Positions 34,855-44,677 of a stretch of DNA of 64,000 nt are shown here, one piece after another. The position numbers and the translations under genes are program-made. The notes below the pieces were generated by a model. It saw only the letters and a program-made list of their open reading frames with translations. It did not search any database and had not been told where the DNA came from. This stretch comes from Bacilli bacterium (GTDB taxonomy: Bacteria > Bacillota > Bacilli > Alicyclobacillales > SLC66). Where the stretch lies: NCBI GenBank assembly GCA_013044175.1, contig JABEUY010000055.1, positions 30,228-94,227 on the forward strand, given 5' to 3'. Positions within the stretch are counted from its first letter, which is position 1, and each line of letters starts with the position of its first letter.

Positions 34855-35508
34855 TTGGAATTAGTACCAGTTTTTCAAGAGATCATGGATACGGCGGGTG
34901 GCATCGCCCCAATCGGTTACGAAGCACTAATCAGGGCGCGAGGATCGCTGCGGGTGTTGGAGGCGATGGAGGTCTTTGCGGCTGCATCCGAGTTTGGTGG
35001 GCGGGAAAAGTTGGATCAACAGATACAAGCCATCCAACTCGAACAGGGCTTGCCCCTTCTGCAACCGAACCAAAGACTATTTCTGAATATGCCAAGTTAC
35101 CCAGTACATGAAGAGTATTATGCAGCACTAAGCCCCTACGCTTCAAGGCTGGTGCTGGAAGTCAGCGAGAAGGCAAAGGTCACTGACGCACAGTTTTATT
35201 GGCTTCATGAACTACACAAGACTGGTGCAGAGATCGCGATTGATGACTTTGGGGTAGGCAGTCATAACCTCGCGACACTCACTAAGCTGCAACCGGATGG
35301 GATTAAGCTGGACATGTCATTTGTCCACAATCAAGACTATGAGACCATCCGCAAGGTGCGTCGATTCGCAGAAGATTGGAACGCAAGCCTGATCGTTGAG
35401 GGTATCGAGACCGAACAAGAAGCCGCCGCTGTGATGGATGCAGGTGTGCGATATATACAGGGATTTTTTTACAGTCGCCCACAAGAAGCTTGGTATTACT
35501 GGCTTTGA
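34855..35508 (+). CDS. stand-alone EAL-domain c-di-GMP phosphodiesterase
   Basis: Motifs YEALIRA, DDFGVGSHNL, IKLDMSF, IVEGIETEQE and IQGFFYSRP appear intact. Confidence 0.8.
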   Translation: MELVPVFQEIMDTAGGIAPIGYEALIRARGSLRVLEAMEVFAAASEFGGREKLDQQIQAIQLEQGLPLLQPNQRLFLNMPSYPVHEEYYAALSPYASRLVLEVSEKAKVTDAQFYWLHELHKTGAEIAIDDFGVGSHNLATLTKLQPDGIKLDMSFVHNQDYETIRKVRRFAEDWNASLIVEGIETEQEAAAVMDAGVRYIQGFFYSRPQEAWYYWL

Positions 35509-35552
35509 AATTGTCCCACATCCTCCTTTCTTCTTAGAAGGGAGGATTTTTT
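35507..35552 (+). promoter_or_regulatory. ICE intercistronic box-hairpin module, copy 10
   Basis: Box GAAATTGTCCCAC; stem ATCCTCCTTTCTTC/GAAGGGAGGAT (compensated arms); TTTTT; ATG 35553. Confidence 0.7.
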
Positions 35553-35855
35553 ATGACTATTGATCAGGATATCAAGATGTTTGAACAAGCTCACGAAAAT
35601 GCCGTTCATGCCATGCTAGACGCAGAACGGCATTTAGAACGTCTGTACACGGAACGGCATCTAGCAGACGCGATGTACCGGAAATTGGGAGAAGATGGGG
35701 TTGCTTATGATATCGAAGTTGACCCACAGAGCGACAAGATTTTGGTCCGCTTACGCAAAAACAACGTGTCCGTAACGTGCGCGGCGAAGTCGTTGTCTAC
35801 CGCTTTGATGGGTGCGCGGGCTGCTTTGATGGGGGATGCCCACTATGCTTTCTAA
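35553..35855 (+). CDS. hypothetical protein
   Basis: 100-aa helical protein. Confidence 0.45.
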   Translation: MTIDQDIKMFEQAHENAVHAMLDAERHLERLYTERHLADAMYRKLGEDGVAYDIEVDPQSDKILVRLRKNNVSVTCAAKSLSTALMGARAALMGDAHYAF

Positions 35856-36438
35856 GACTCACCAAGCGTTTGGGCTATCTGCCGTGGCTTACGTATTGGT
35901 CAATTACACGCATACACCGATCCTGTCCGTTGCTGGAATTGGAGCACTGGCAGTATCGTTGGCGACATCCATCATACCGGATTGTGATTTGGCAGGTAGC
36001 ATGCCATCCAAAGCCTTTTTTCCCTACACGTGGGTATTGGAAGTCTTGCGGCTGGACGATCATAGGGGCTTTACGCATAGCATCCTAGCCGCCGCGCCTT
36101 GGTGGGTGCTGGCATACTTTTCACAGCCGTGGCGGGTTACGATTGGACCGATTCATTTCTCATTTTTTCCAATTGTTGTGGGCGCGGCAGTGGGTTATTC
36201 ATCACACATTGTCATTGACCTTCTGAACAAAAAAGGTGAGCAGTTGTTTTTCCCGCTCAAACCGAGGTTTGCACTACATTTTTGCAGTGCAGAGGGATTC
36301 TGGAATCGCGCGTTTGAATATCTGTCATTGATCGCGTTTTTCGGATTGGCGTTGTGGAGCATTGGGCTTACGTTTCCACCTGCGCATGGGGTGTTCGTCG
36401 CGTTGATGAATTTGTCCCACACCGCCCTCAAACATTAG
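35836..36438 (+). CDS. membrane-bound metal-dependent hydrolase (DUF457/YdjM-like)
   Basis: Polytopic protein with an HRGFTHSIL motif and a later SSHIVIDLLN. Confidence 0.55.
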   Translation: MPTMLSKTHQAFGLSAVAYVLVNYTHTPILSVAGIGALAVSLATSIIPDCDLAGSMPSKAFFPYTWVLEVLRLDDHRGFTHSILAAAPWWVLAYFSQPWRVTIGPIHFSFFPIVVGAAVGYSSHIVIDLLNKKGEQLFFPLKPRFALHFCSAEGFWNRAFEYLSLIAFFGLALWSIGLTFPPAHGVFVALMNLSHTALKH

Positions 36439-36453
36439 AAAGGAGGAATTTTT
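36408..36453 (+). promoter_or_regulatory. ICE intercistronic box module, copy 11 (box inside the upstream CDS 3' end)
   Basis: Box GAATTTGTCCCAC; stop TAG at 36436; AAAGGAGGA SD; TTTTT; ATG 36454. Confidence 0.5.
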
Positions 36454-36834
36454 ATGAATCTTAAGACTGGGTTCAAAACGGTGACACTGGCGGCTACCAC
36501 GTTTATTACAAGTACGTTGCCCGCTTTTGCTGCGGTCGCTGCCCCACCCCCGGTCACTGGTGTTGCGGCTGATGGGGTGAGTGGGATCGCAGGTCAGGCA
36601 CAGTTGGTGTATCAGGAGTTGCAGACCAGTGCTCACCTCGCGACGATTCAGGGCGTTTTGGTGGTTGTGCTGGTATTTCTTGTAATTCACAAAGCGACCA
36701 AAGCTGCCCACGAACAGGCTACTACCAAGATTTGGCAGACAATCGCCTTTGGGTTGGTTGGTCTGATCTTGATCATCGACCCGCTAATCTTGATCAACCT
36801 TGCATTGTGGGCTGGCAGCTTTGTTGGGGCGTAG
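36454..36834 (+). CDS. small secreted 2-TM protein with VirB2/TrbC-like topology (candidate)
   Basis: Signal peptide ..LPAFA/AVA followed by two hydrophobic helices. Sits upstream of the VirB3/VirB4 analogs. Confidence 0.35.
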   Translation: MNLKTGFKTVTLAATTFITSTLPAFAAVAAPPPVTGVAADGVSGIAGQAQLVYQELQTSAHLATIQGVLVVVLVFLVIHKATKAAHEQATTKIWQTIAFGLVGLILIIDPLILINLALWAGSFVGA

Positions 36835-36881
36835 GATGAAGGGAGGATAGGCGCAGGGGCGATTGCTCTTGCGCCATTTTC

Positions 36882-37466
36882 ATGTACAGGACATACAGGG
36901 AGCTTTATCAAGTCAAGACTGAAATTACGAAAATCGGCACAGGGGCAGGAGCTTTAAAGATCGGCAAATACTTGTCTGTTGGTCTGGACATAGTGGGCTT
37001 GGGCGTGATCGGTGCGATTTTTCCGGGCATATTCGTTGCGGCAATCCTTCATGCAGTCTATCATCCAATCTCGCGCATTGTGTGGATGGTGGCTATCGGT
37101 GTCATGATAGGTTGGGCAGCGAAGCAATTCGACCCTAAAGGCAAGAGCGTACTGGCTTACGCTGGTGATGTGATTGCATATCTTCGCCGTAAGAGAATGA
37201 GTGACGGCTTTAAGCCTGTAGCCTTACTCAAAAATCCAAGTGTGCCCCGCTTCGCGTTCTATGCTGTAGACCAAGGCACTGCACAGGCGACACCGATCAC
37301 TGGAAAAGGCGCATTCACACTGCTAAAGCCGATGGGTGTACGAGTCATGAAAGATGGCACATGGCTCATCAAGCGTTCTAGTCACCCGCTACCGGTTGGA
37401 AAATATAGGATAGTGAACGGTCAGGTCAAGCCTGTCTCACCAATGCCAATTTTACAGCAAGAATAG
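36882..37466 (+). CDS. TcpE/VirB3-like small membrane protein (candidate)
   Basis: Two TM helices. Lies immediately upstream of VirB4, as in Tn916/pCW3-type loci. Confidence 0.4.
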   Translation: MYRTYRELYQVKTEITKIGTGAGALKIGKYLSVGLDIVGLGVIGAIFPGIFVAAILHAVYHPISRIVWMVAIGVMIGWAAKQFDPKGKSVLAYAGDVIAYLRRKRMSDGFKPVALLKNPSVPRFAFYAVDQGTAQATPITGKGAFTLLKPMGVRVMKDGTWLIKRSSHPLPVGKYRIVNGQVKPVSPMPILQQE

Positions 37467-37505
37467 TCCCACAGCCCCTTCTCTCTAATGAGAGGGGGTT
37501 TTTTC
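37461..37505 (+). promoter_or_regulatory. ICE intercistronic box-hairpin module, copy 12
   Basis: Box GAATAGTCCCAC contains the TAG stop; stem CCCCTTCTCTC/GAGAGGGGG; TTTTTT; ATG 37506. Confidence 0.7.
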
Positions 37506-39911
37506 ATGGCACAACCAGTCATTTATGCAGAAAATGGAATTGTGATAGATAATCGAGCGCGAGGTTATGCCGTTTATGTTGTTGACGCAGACCTGCGACC
37601 GTTGACGAGTGCAGGGGCGCAGAATCAAGCAATATCAGCACTCGCCAAAGGCATGAAGGAGGTACTAGGCGAATGGCACGTGTACAGCCTTGCGATTGGT
37701 GTACCGCCTAATACTTGGAAGGAACGATTCTTGAAAACCGAGCACCCATTGAGTGTCGATCATGTGGCTGCGGGCTTGAAAAAGTCGGCTGGTGTGTTGT
37801 TTGAGAGGCGCGTTTACATCGTCGTGCCAATCAGTAACAAACTGACAATCCAGCTTAAAGATAATGGTAAAGAATTCCTGCAAGCTGCCAAGCGGACACT
37901 AACACACTCGGTCAAACGCGCATTAAGACTCGAAAATTTTCATGTCCAGCTCTTGGAACAGTTCGAAGAAGAGAGGCGTGTCTGGCACAGGAAATTCAGG
38001 GCATTCCTAAAGCTGCACCCGGCATCACAAGTCGAATTGGAAACGTGGCTACGTCACGGATTTTATCGTGGAGGTGTAGCCCCGGACAGCCGTTTCCCAA
38101 AAAACCTACCAGCTTTCGTGAGTTCGGATGGCGTGATTCACCCACAGCACCATCTTGGCATTTGGACACATGATGGAGTCCTGAAGGAGTCATTCTACAA
38201 CCTCAAAGTCATTCAGCCGACCAAAAACGAGTCCTATCAAACGTTCTACAACGTGCTAAGAGTGCCCAACGAAATCGACGAATCGGACGCAAGCGGCTAT
38301 GACTGGGTTCACCAAGTCGAATACATGGATATCCCGGTAGACGTAGCCATGCACATCCGTGTTGAGGATCCGATTGCAGCACGCAAAAACCTGCGGAAGA
38401 AGCGGCTTCGCGCCGAAAGTCAGTGGAAGGAATACGCAGAGGGCGGCGAAACACCACCGCTGGAATTAGAAGTGGATATCGAGCACACAGCCGAGCTGGA
38501 ACAGAAACTTCGGATGCGTGATCCGCTCGTTCATGTAAAAACGGTCATTGGTTTTGGTGCGGAGAGTTCGGATCGCTTGGCAGAGTACCGTAATCTGGTG
38601 CAAAGCAACCTAGCACTAACCGATCTAGTGCAGCCTCCAGCCGACCAACTAAGACTCTGGCAGTCATTCTATCCTTGGGGGCGTGGCATTTCCCAAGGCT
38701 ATGAAATCCCAATGGATGCGGGAGTTTTTGCGGCAGGGCTACCGTTTTCGACGTTGGACTTTGGCGACTCGCGGGGCTTTTATTTGGGCAAGACGCTAAA
38801 CGAGCGGTCAGTTTTTATGGACCCACGCCGCCCGGCACAGGAATTAAACATGCAGCCGTCTATTCTGCTTTGCGGTGGGTTGGGATCAGGGAAAACGAAC
38901 ACAGCCGAGTATATCGCCGCAACGTTGTACTCATGGGGCGCGAAAGGTTTCATTCAAGACCCAAAAGGTCACGACTACGATAATTTTTACAAAACTGGCG
39001 CGAGAGTCAACATGATTCGCTTGCGGGAAGAGGGAGCAGCACTCAATCCGTTCAGGTTGGGCGTGGAGGGTGTAGAGCGGGACTTACTGGATATAGTGTT
39101 TAATAATGTCACGCATGATGACAACACGCGAGATATCCGCAGTGCCTTGATCGGTCAGGCTTTAACGGCTGTCAAAGCACAGGAAGTTCAGGATATGCAC
39201 ACGTTCGGTAATGCTTTGGCGGCTCTAAGACAAGCCGAGACACGCGAAGTCTATGTCCTACAGCTTGACCTGCTCTTGGGCATGATGGGCGATTTACTTA
39301 GTAATCCTCTTGGGCGCGTCCTGTTCGGCAAGGATTCGCAAGGACAGACACCACAAGACTACGATGTTACGATTGTGGATACAAGCGGGTTGACGATCCC
39401 CAATGGCACACCCAAAACATTGAATGAGCGTTTGAGCGTTGCCCTCTATTACGCGGTGGCAGGAATGGGTATGGGGTACTTCTCGAACCTGCCACAATCA
39501 GTTCTAAAGTTCATGATCTTGGACGAGGCTTGGACGTTGCGAAAGTTCTCACAAGGCGTGGATTTGGTGGACAATCTCTTGCGCAAGTCTCGATCCCTGA
39601 ACATTGTGCCCTTGATGCTCATGCAGAATGCTACGGACTTCGCGAACTGGGGCGAGAGCATTGATGGACTGTTCGCTTGGCGGTTTGTCATGCGTCAGAA
39701 TTCGCAAGTCGAGACTGCCGCAGCCCTCAAATTGGCGGGGTTGGATCACGAGGACGCGCAATATTGGTATAAGGTATTCGCGAGTTTCAGACCCGGTGAA
39801 GGGTTGGTGGTGGATGCACTGGGGCGCGTTCAGCAAATGCAAGTCGAAATGTTGCCACACAAGCTGCTGGCGTGGTTCGATACAACGCCAAAAGCCGATG
39901 ATGGCTGGTAA
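37506..39911 (+). CDS. virB4: VirB4-family T4SS ATPase (ConE/TcpF/Orf16-like)
   Basis: About 800 aa. Walker A is CGGLGSGKTN and Walker B is FMILDEAW. Followed by a VirB6-like gene and a hydrolase. Confidence 0.8.
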   Translation: MAQPVIYAENGIVIDNRARGYAVYVVDADLRPLTSAGAQNQAISALAKGMKEVLGEWHVYSLAIGVPPNTWKERFLKTEHPLSVDHVAAGLKKSAGVLFERRVYIVVPISNKLTIQLKDNGKEFLQAAKRTLTHSVKRALRLENFHVQLLEQFEEERRVWHRKFRAFLKLHPASQVELETWLRHGFYRGGVAPDSRFPKNLPAFVSSDGVIHPQHHLGIWTHDGVLKESFYNLKVIQPTKNESYQTFYNVLRVPNEIDESDASGYDWVHQVEYMDIPVDVAMHIRVEDPIAARKNLRKKRLRAESQWKEYAEGGETPPLELEVDIEHTAELEQKLRMRDPLVHVKTVIGFGAESSDRLAEYRNLVQSNLALTDLVQPPADQLRLWQSFYPWGRGISQGYEIPMDAGVFAAGLPFSTLDFGDSRGFYLGKTLNERSVFMDPRRPAQELNMQPSILLCGGLGSGKTNTAEYIAATLYSWGAKGFIQDPKGHDYDNFYKTGARVNMIRLREEGAALNPFRLGVEGVERDLLDIVFNNVTHDDNTRDIRSALIGQALTAVKAQEVQDMHTFGNALAALRQAETREVYVLQLDLLLGMMGDLLSNPLGRVLFGKDSQGQTPQDYDVTIVDTSGLTIPNGTPKTLNERLSVALYYAVAGMGMGYFSNLPQSVLKFMILDEAWTLRKFSQGVDLVDNLLRKSRSLNIVPLMLMQNATDFANWGESIDGLFAWRFVMRQNSQVETAAALKLAGLDHEDAQYWYKVFASFRPGEGLVVDALGRVQQMQVEMLPHKLLAWFDTTPKADDGW

Positions 39912-39954
39912 AATTGTCCCATTCACCCCTTCTCAATCGAGAGGGGGTTTTTTC
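39910..39954 (+). promoter_or_regulatory. ICE intercistronic box-hairpin module, copy 13
   Basis: Box AAAATTGTCCCAT; stem ACCCCTTCTC/GAGAGGGGGT; TTTTTT; TTG 39955. Confidence 0.7.
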
Positions 39955-42201
39955 TTGCGTAAAATGATCGCGATAGTTTTAGGTGCTGCTACAATGCTGG
40001 CGGTAACGGCCTTACCTGCATTTGCTGCAACCGCAGTCGTTCATGTTGCGGCTGCGAGCACGAATGGGCTGGTGTCTGGGGTGAATTTATTCAGTGGTGG
40101 CAACGTTCCAATCGTCAGTGATTACGTGTTTGACAGTGACGGATGGCTGGGGAATTTCAATGCGATCTACTGGATTGCGAACCTATTGTTTTCCATTTCC
40201 GTTACCTCGATGTTCGCGGCTATCGAGTTTTTCCGGCTTGGGAGTTCGGCTGGCGGGTTGTCTGCGCTCATAAATATGGTGTTGGCTATCTTGCACCATG
40301 CGTACACAGTTCTGGGAACCGTGATCCCGCTGGCGGTGCTGACTTTTGTCGGCATATTTTTCTGGTTTGGCGTAGTCAAGCAGGATGTCCATGCTGTCTG
40401 GGGGCGCGTGATCAAATTTGGGTTGGTGCTGGGCATGTTCGCGATTTTAGTAAGCCCAAGCTTCACCAACTCACAAGTTTTACAAAATGTGAGTGAGTTT
40501 CCGGTTACGATAGGCAGCACGATGGCTGATGCGATAAGCGGGCTGTTCAGCGCAGCAAGCGGCAGCGGCAGTCCTTCGAAGGTCGCTGGGGCAGATATCT
40601 CCAGTCAAATATGGGACACGTTGGTGATCCCTGAATGGATAGCGGGCGAAGAAGGGCAAAACTGGAACGTGCAGGGAACGGCTGTCGTGCCCCTTTTTGG
40701 CGGTAAAGGCACGTCAGCATGGCGGTACATCTTGGGACTACCGCTTCAAAACTCGTCAAGAAATGCAGTAGTGGGGCGGCTGCAAGCGACACAGGGCGGG
40801 GCGACCGCGTTCAGTTTTGGTAATCGGATTGACGTGGCATTCATGGCATCTATTGGGAATATCGGACCGGATATTTACTACCTACTGATGGGCTTAGTGA
40901 TGATTCTTGCAAGGATCGCGTTCTTAATCCTTGTGGCGGCAGGGGCTATTATTCTGCCATTAGAATTGTTTCCAGCCACGAGGTCTTTGACCGCATCCAT
41001 CAAGTGGTTCCAATATATGACAATGACGCTGGCAGTATTGTTTCTTGTGACCATCTACAGTGCCATCGTTAATGGGTTAGTGTTATTGACAAGCACGGCA
41101 CTCGCTGGAACCGTATTCCAAGCTGCAAGCAACTCGGCTTCCAAAGGCACGGCTACTACGGTGAGCTTTGTAGGGGACTTCGTGTTTATTGGTAACGGAT
41201 TGGCGTACTTGGCGGCTATCTTGATCGCCTACTATTTGTATAAAAAGTTAAAGCCGATGCAACGGATTAAGTCACTCACCAATGGCGCAGTCGCTCATAG
41301 TCGTGAGGCGAGAGATCAACGCACAGAAGCTGCCAAGCAGTCGCAGATGTTGCAGGTCAACGAGAAGAAGCGGCGCAATAATCCGAGCACTGGCAAGCGA
41401 GAGCAGAACGTGACGGACGGCGAAGCGGGTGCGCCATTGGCAAGTGCCCGGTATCGCAATGCTTCGCGGGATAGCAGTACAGATACCACATCCTCTGATC
41501 TTGACGATGATGAGAGAGATTACAGCAGTTACGGTAGTCGCAATCCTACTGCCGAGGCAATGACAAAACCTGTGACACCGCATGATCCATTTTTCAATAA
41601 GCAATCGACAGACAAAGGTACGTCTACGCATGTCAACGTTGGTGATACCGGGGCAGACAGCGAGACAGACAAGGCAGTGAAAACCGTCGAATCAGCAGTG
41701 GCGAAGGGCAAATCGGCTGTTATGAAGGGCAAGAAGATTGCAGGGCAACTCGCAAGACCGGATCAAGGCGTTGACTTGCTGGTGGACGCTACGCTGGGCA
41801 AGGCGACTAGCTACATGAAGAAAGTGGCTAAAAATCGCGTAGTCAAAGTCGTTCGAACGGTTGCGGCTGGGAGAGCGGAGCGCAAGGCGGCTGCATCAAG
41901 CCCCATGACTGCCAAGGCTGCACCGGGCACCAAGGCTACACCGAGCACCACGGCTGTACCGGGCACTAAAGCTGCACCGATTGCCAAAGCTGCCAAGGCG
42001 ACCAAGCCTACACCAGTCACACCTAGCACACCAATCACCAAGCCTACACCGACAACACCAGTCACCAAGCCTACAGCAACTAAGCCAATTTTCACGTTGC
42101 GGCACAAGAATGTAGCGCAGATTCGCAAGCCTCGCACTGCGGTTCGTGCCTCCGCAAGACCGCCGATCCGCAGGAATTGGATTCGTGGTGTTAAGTCGTG
42201 A
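39955..42201 (+). CDS. VirB6-like polytopic membrane protein with long K/P/T/A-rich C-terminal tail
   Basis: Signal-like N-terminus and at least 6 TM segments. The C-terminal ~300 aa is low complexity (TKPTPVTPSTPITKPTPTTPVTKPT). Start inferred from module spacing. Confidence 0.55.
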   Translation: MRKMIAIVLGAATMLAVTALPAFAATAVVHVAAASTNGLVSGVNLFSGGNVPIVSDYVFDSDGWLGNFNAIYWIANLLFSISVTSMFAAIEFFRLGSSAGGLSALINMVLAILHHAYTVLGTVIPLAVLTFVGIFFWFGVVKQDVHAVWGRVIKFGLVLGMFAILVSPSFTNSQVLQNVSEFPVTIGSTMADAISGLFSAASGSGSPSKVAGADISSQIWDTLVIPEWIAGEEGQNWNVQGTAVVPLFGGKGTSAWRYILGLPLQNSSRNAVVGRLQATQGGATAFSFGNRIDVAFMASIGNIGPDIYYLLMGLVMILARIAFLILVAAGAIILPLELFPATRSLTASIKWFQYMTMTLAVLFLVTIYSAIVNGLVLLTSTALAGTVFQAASNSASKGTATTVSFVGDFVFIGNGLAYLAAILIAYYLYKKLKPMQRIKSLTNGAVAHSREARDQRTEAAKQSQMLQVNEKKRRNNPSTGKREQNVTDGEAGAPLASARYRNASRDSSTDTTSSDLDDDERDYSSYGSRNPTAEAMTKPVTPHDPFFNKQSTDKGTSTHVNVGDTGADSETDKAVKTVESAVAKGKSAVMKGKKIAGQLARPDQGVDLLVDATLGKATSYMKKVAKNRVVKVVRTVAAGRAERKAAASSPMTAKAAPGTKATPSTTAVPGTKAAPIAKAAKATKPTPVTPSTPITKPTPTTPVTKPTATKPIFTLRHKNVAQIRKPRTAVRASARPPIRRNWIRGVKS

Positions 42202-43532
42202 ACATAAACATGAAGGATAAGCTGTTACAAAGAGGCAAGGAAAAGGTAAAGCAGAAAATTGTAGATCACGCCAAAGATGGCATGTCAGAGGAAGTCCAAG
42301 AAACTGTTGATAAGTTTGCTGAAAAGATCGGTGACGCGATTGATGCTGCCAAAATCGCGTCACAAGCCGCGACCGGAAACGTTGTCGGTGCGGTAGTCAC
42401 AACATTAAAAAACAAGCGGTTCCGCAAGGTATTGCTAGTCCTGCTGGCTGTCGCGGTTGCCGTATGGTTGCTGTCGATGGTGTTAATGATGAGCATAATC
42501 ATGGGTGCTGTGGGTTTATTCCAGCACCCCATGATGTCGTTCGGAACGAGTCAGAGCATTACCGAGGTGGAGCCGAATGGTCAGCGCATCAACATATCCT
42601 TTATATCACTTGCCAACGCGTGGACTAAGACGATCCGCTGGGATGGTCACACCGGGTTGACAGCCGCAGAGATTGCACAGGTCACCAGTCAACAACTCAA
42701 TTTGTCTTATGGGTTGCTCGAAACGTTCTATGAGATCGGTGTCCGTCAAGGTGCGGCGAATCCGGTTAAGTCACTGGGCTACGTGGTTCAGCAGCTAGAG
42801 CCTAGTGAGATCAGCTTTGTACCAGTGCAGCTACGCAAAGTCGGTTATTCAAAGGGCAAAAAGTTTTACTACTACGTCACCGAGCAGGTTTTGAAGGATA
42901 TCACAAGATACAATGGTCACTGGGTTACGCACTACCAGATCATCACCGAGTCAAATGGTTCACAAATTGTCTCATCCCAGCCGCCCACGCTACAACGCAA
43001 GGACTATCAGCCTTTGTATCGAGCGGAACAGGCGTTCGACATCCATCAAGACTTGCTGGATCAGCAAACATTTTTCGGACAGGCACTGGTGTTAGACCCC
43101 AACTTCTACGATCCCAACGCATTACCGGCTTTACAAATGCTGGAAGGTGGCAGCACGAGCAGTTCTGGCAGCAGTACCCCGCCGAGTTCTGGCGTACCGA
43201 TGCCGAAACCGCAGATAATCGCGGTCCTGCAGGAAGCCATTGTCATTGATCGCGTACCACAGTCATGGCTACCGTATCTCGAAATCATCGTTGGGCATGA
43301 GGATGGTTCAGGCAATCCAGACGCAGTCGATCCGATCTTGGTGGACGGTGAGAACGCGAGTGGACTCATGCAGATGCTGCCGAGCACCTTTTGGAGTGAT
43401 CATGTTTCAGGCTACAACGACATTTGGAATCCGTTAGACAATGCGGTATCAGCCATCAACCATATCAAGGGTGCATGGGGTAGTCCTACAAATATCCCCG
43501 GCGTGGTCAGTGGAACGTATACAGGCTACTAA
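42198..43532 (+). CDS. membrane-anchored cell-wall hydrolase with C-terminal lytic transglycosylase (SLT) domain (VirB1 analog)
   Basis: GHEDGSGNPDAV .. ASGLMQMLPSTF motif. One TM near the N-terminus. Confidence 0.7.
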   Translation: MNINMKDKLLQRGKEKVKQKIVDHAKDGMSEEVQETVDKFAEKIGDAIDAAKIASQAATGNVVGAVVTTLKNKRFRKVLLVLLAVAVAVWLLSMVLMMSIIMGAVGLFQHPMMSFGTSQSITEVEPNGQRINISFISLANAWTKTIRWDGHTGLTAAEIAQVTSQQLNLSYGLLETFYEIGVRQGAANPVKSLGYVVQQLEPSEISFVPVQLRKVGYSKGKKFYYYVTEQVLKDITRYNGHWVTHYQIITESNGSQIVSSQPPTLQRKDYQPLYRAEQAFDIHQDLLDQQTFFGQALVLDPNFYDPNALPALQMLEGGSTSSSGSSTPPSSGVPMPKPQIIAVLQEAIVIDRVPQSWLPYLEIIVGHEDGSGNPDAVDPILVDGENASGLMQMLPSTFWSDHVSGYNDIWNPLDNAVSAINHIKGAWGSPTNIPGVVSGTYTGY

Positions 43533-43536
43533 AAAA

Positions 43537-43614
43537 GGTCAAAAAACTAGCATCTATGCTGGATGGGGGTGAGTATTCGTTGGTTGGTGAACCTAAGATG
43601 CGAGTTTTTTGACC
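43537..43614. terminator. long-stem hairpin family, copy c (operon-end punctuation)
   Basis: GGTCAAAAAACTAGCATCT pairs with AGATGCGAGTTTTTTGACC (19 bp, 1 mismatch), with a 40-nt loop. Confidence 0.6.
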
Positions 43615-43637
43615 CCTTGAAGCCACATAGCAGCAAC

Positions 43638-43681
43638 AAAATTGTCATACCACCCCTTCTCAATCGAGAGGGGGTTCTTTC
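43638..43681 (+). promoter_or_regulatory. ICE intercistronic box-hairpin module, copy 14
   Basis: Box AAAATTGTCATAC; the stem is identical to copy 13 (ACCCCTTCTC/GAGAGGGGGT); GTG 43682. Confidence 0.65.
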
Positions 43682-43984
43682 GTGGCAAAGATCGCGTTTC
43701 TGTGTGTGGATGAAAGCATGGCGACATGGATCATAAATGAGTCAAAATCCTTTACCTTTACCGCGCAAATCGGTAATGACAAGTCAGCCGATGCTTATAT
43801 TGCGATGGCTATGCACGATGAAGATATTGACAAATACCTGCCTATCGTACAAGACCAGATGTTTGCATGGTTCGGCGTATCTAACGATGTCGTAAAAGCT
43901 CTTAAGCCGTTCGAGTTTGCGACTTGGGATGAAATATCAGATGGCGATGCAGTTTTACAGTGCGCCGAACGCATGAGTCAGTAG
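43682..43984 (+). CDS. hypothetical protein
   Basis: 100 aa. Start inferred from module spacing. Confidence 0.45.
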   Translation: MAKIAFLCVDESMATWIINESKSFTFTAQIGNDKSADAYIAMAMHDEDIDKYLPIVQDQMFAWFGVSNDVVKALKPFEFATWDEISDGDAVLQCAERMSQ

Positions 43985-44044
43985 ATCGATGCGGCACGTG
44001 CAGCTGCCAAGCCATCTAAAACGATCAAGGTTCCAAAATTACGT

Positions 44045-44677
44045 GTGTCCAAGCGGGATGAAATCGCAGACGAAGATAGCGGCGAGATTGAAATCATTGA
44101 GGACGCAGAGCCAATGCCATCCTACGCAATCGCCGTTGCAGGGTTGCCGGGAGCTGGAACCAGTTTTGTTGCATGGAATTTGGCAGTAGTTATGGGTTTG
44201 ACACTGCTCGAAGGAGTCAAGACCGGATCATTGTCAACTTGGACAGGCGACTCAACAACTGTCCAACAAGCCTTGGACGAGACTTTACCGCTGGGCACGG
44301 TAGTGGATGACGATTACAGTATTGACAGCATCATGGCAAGGCGCGTGATCGTGGACTGCGGGGCAGATCGGCTGCATTCGATATTTGTACGAGCCAAAAC
44401 GAGAATCTGGGTGACTCGACTCGATCCGGTGCAACCGCCGATTCCTGCGCGGGCGTTGGTAGTGGTAAATCGCGTACCGCAGAATCTGCCGTTTGACGTG
44501 CGAGAAGTCGTCAAAACCAAGATCGCACTGACCATACCGGATGGCGGTTTAGACGTGGTCTTGTCAATGTTTACCCACCGGGCTTGGATCACCAGTCAAG
44601 ATCGAGAGATACAGGAAAAATGGAAATCTTTAGTCAGCACGAAGGGAGATGGGGATAAATGGGACAGTATTGGCTAG
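44045..44677 (+). CDS. degenerate ParA/CpaE-like protein (P-loop lysine absent)
   Basis: AVAGLPGAGTSFVAWNLAVV resembles the deviant Walker A of CpaE/MinD but lacks the KGG..GK(T/S) residues. Confidence 0.4.
   Translation: MSKRDEIADEDSGEIEIIEDAEPMPSYAIAVAGLPGAGTSFVAWNLAVVMGLTLLEGVKTGSLSTWTGDSTTVQQALDETLPLGTVVDDDYSIDSIMARRVIVDCGADRLHSIFVRAKTRIWVTRLDPVQPPIPARALVVVNRVPQNLPFDVREVVKTKIALTIPDGGLDVVLSMFTHRAWITSQDREIQEKWKSLVSTKGDGDKWDSIG

Noticed and set aside
39628-39954. Upstream 109-codon extension of the VirB6-like ORF
   Set aside because: It overlaps the 3' end of virB4 in another frame. A box-hairpin module at 39910..39954 defines TTG 39955 with the same spacing as the other copies. The signal-like N-terminus also starts there.
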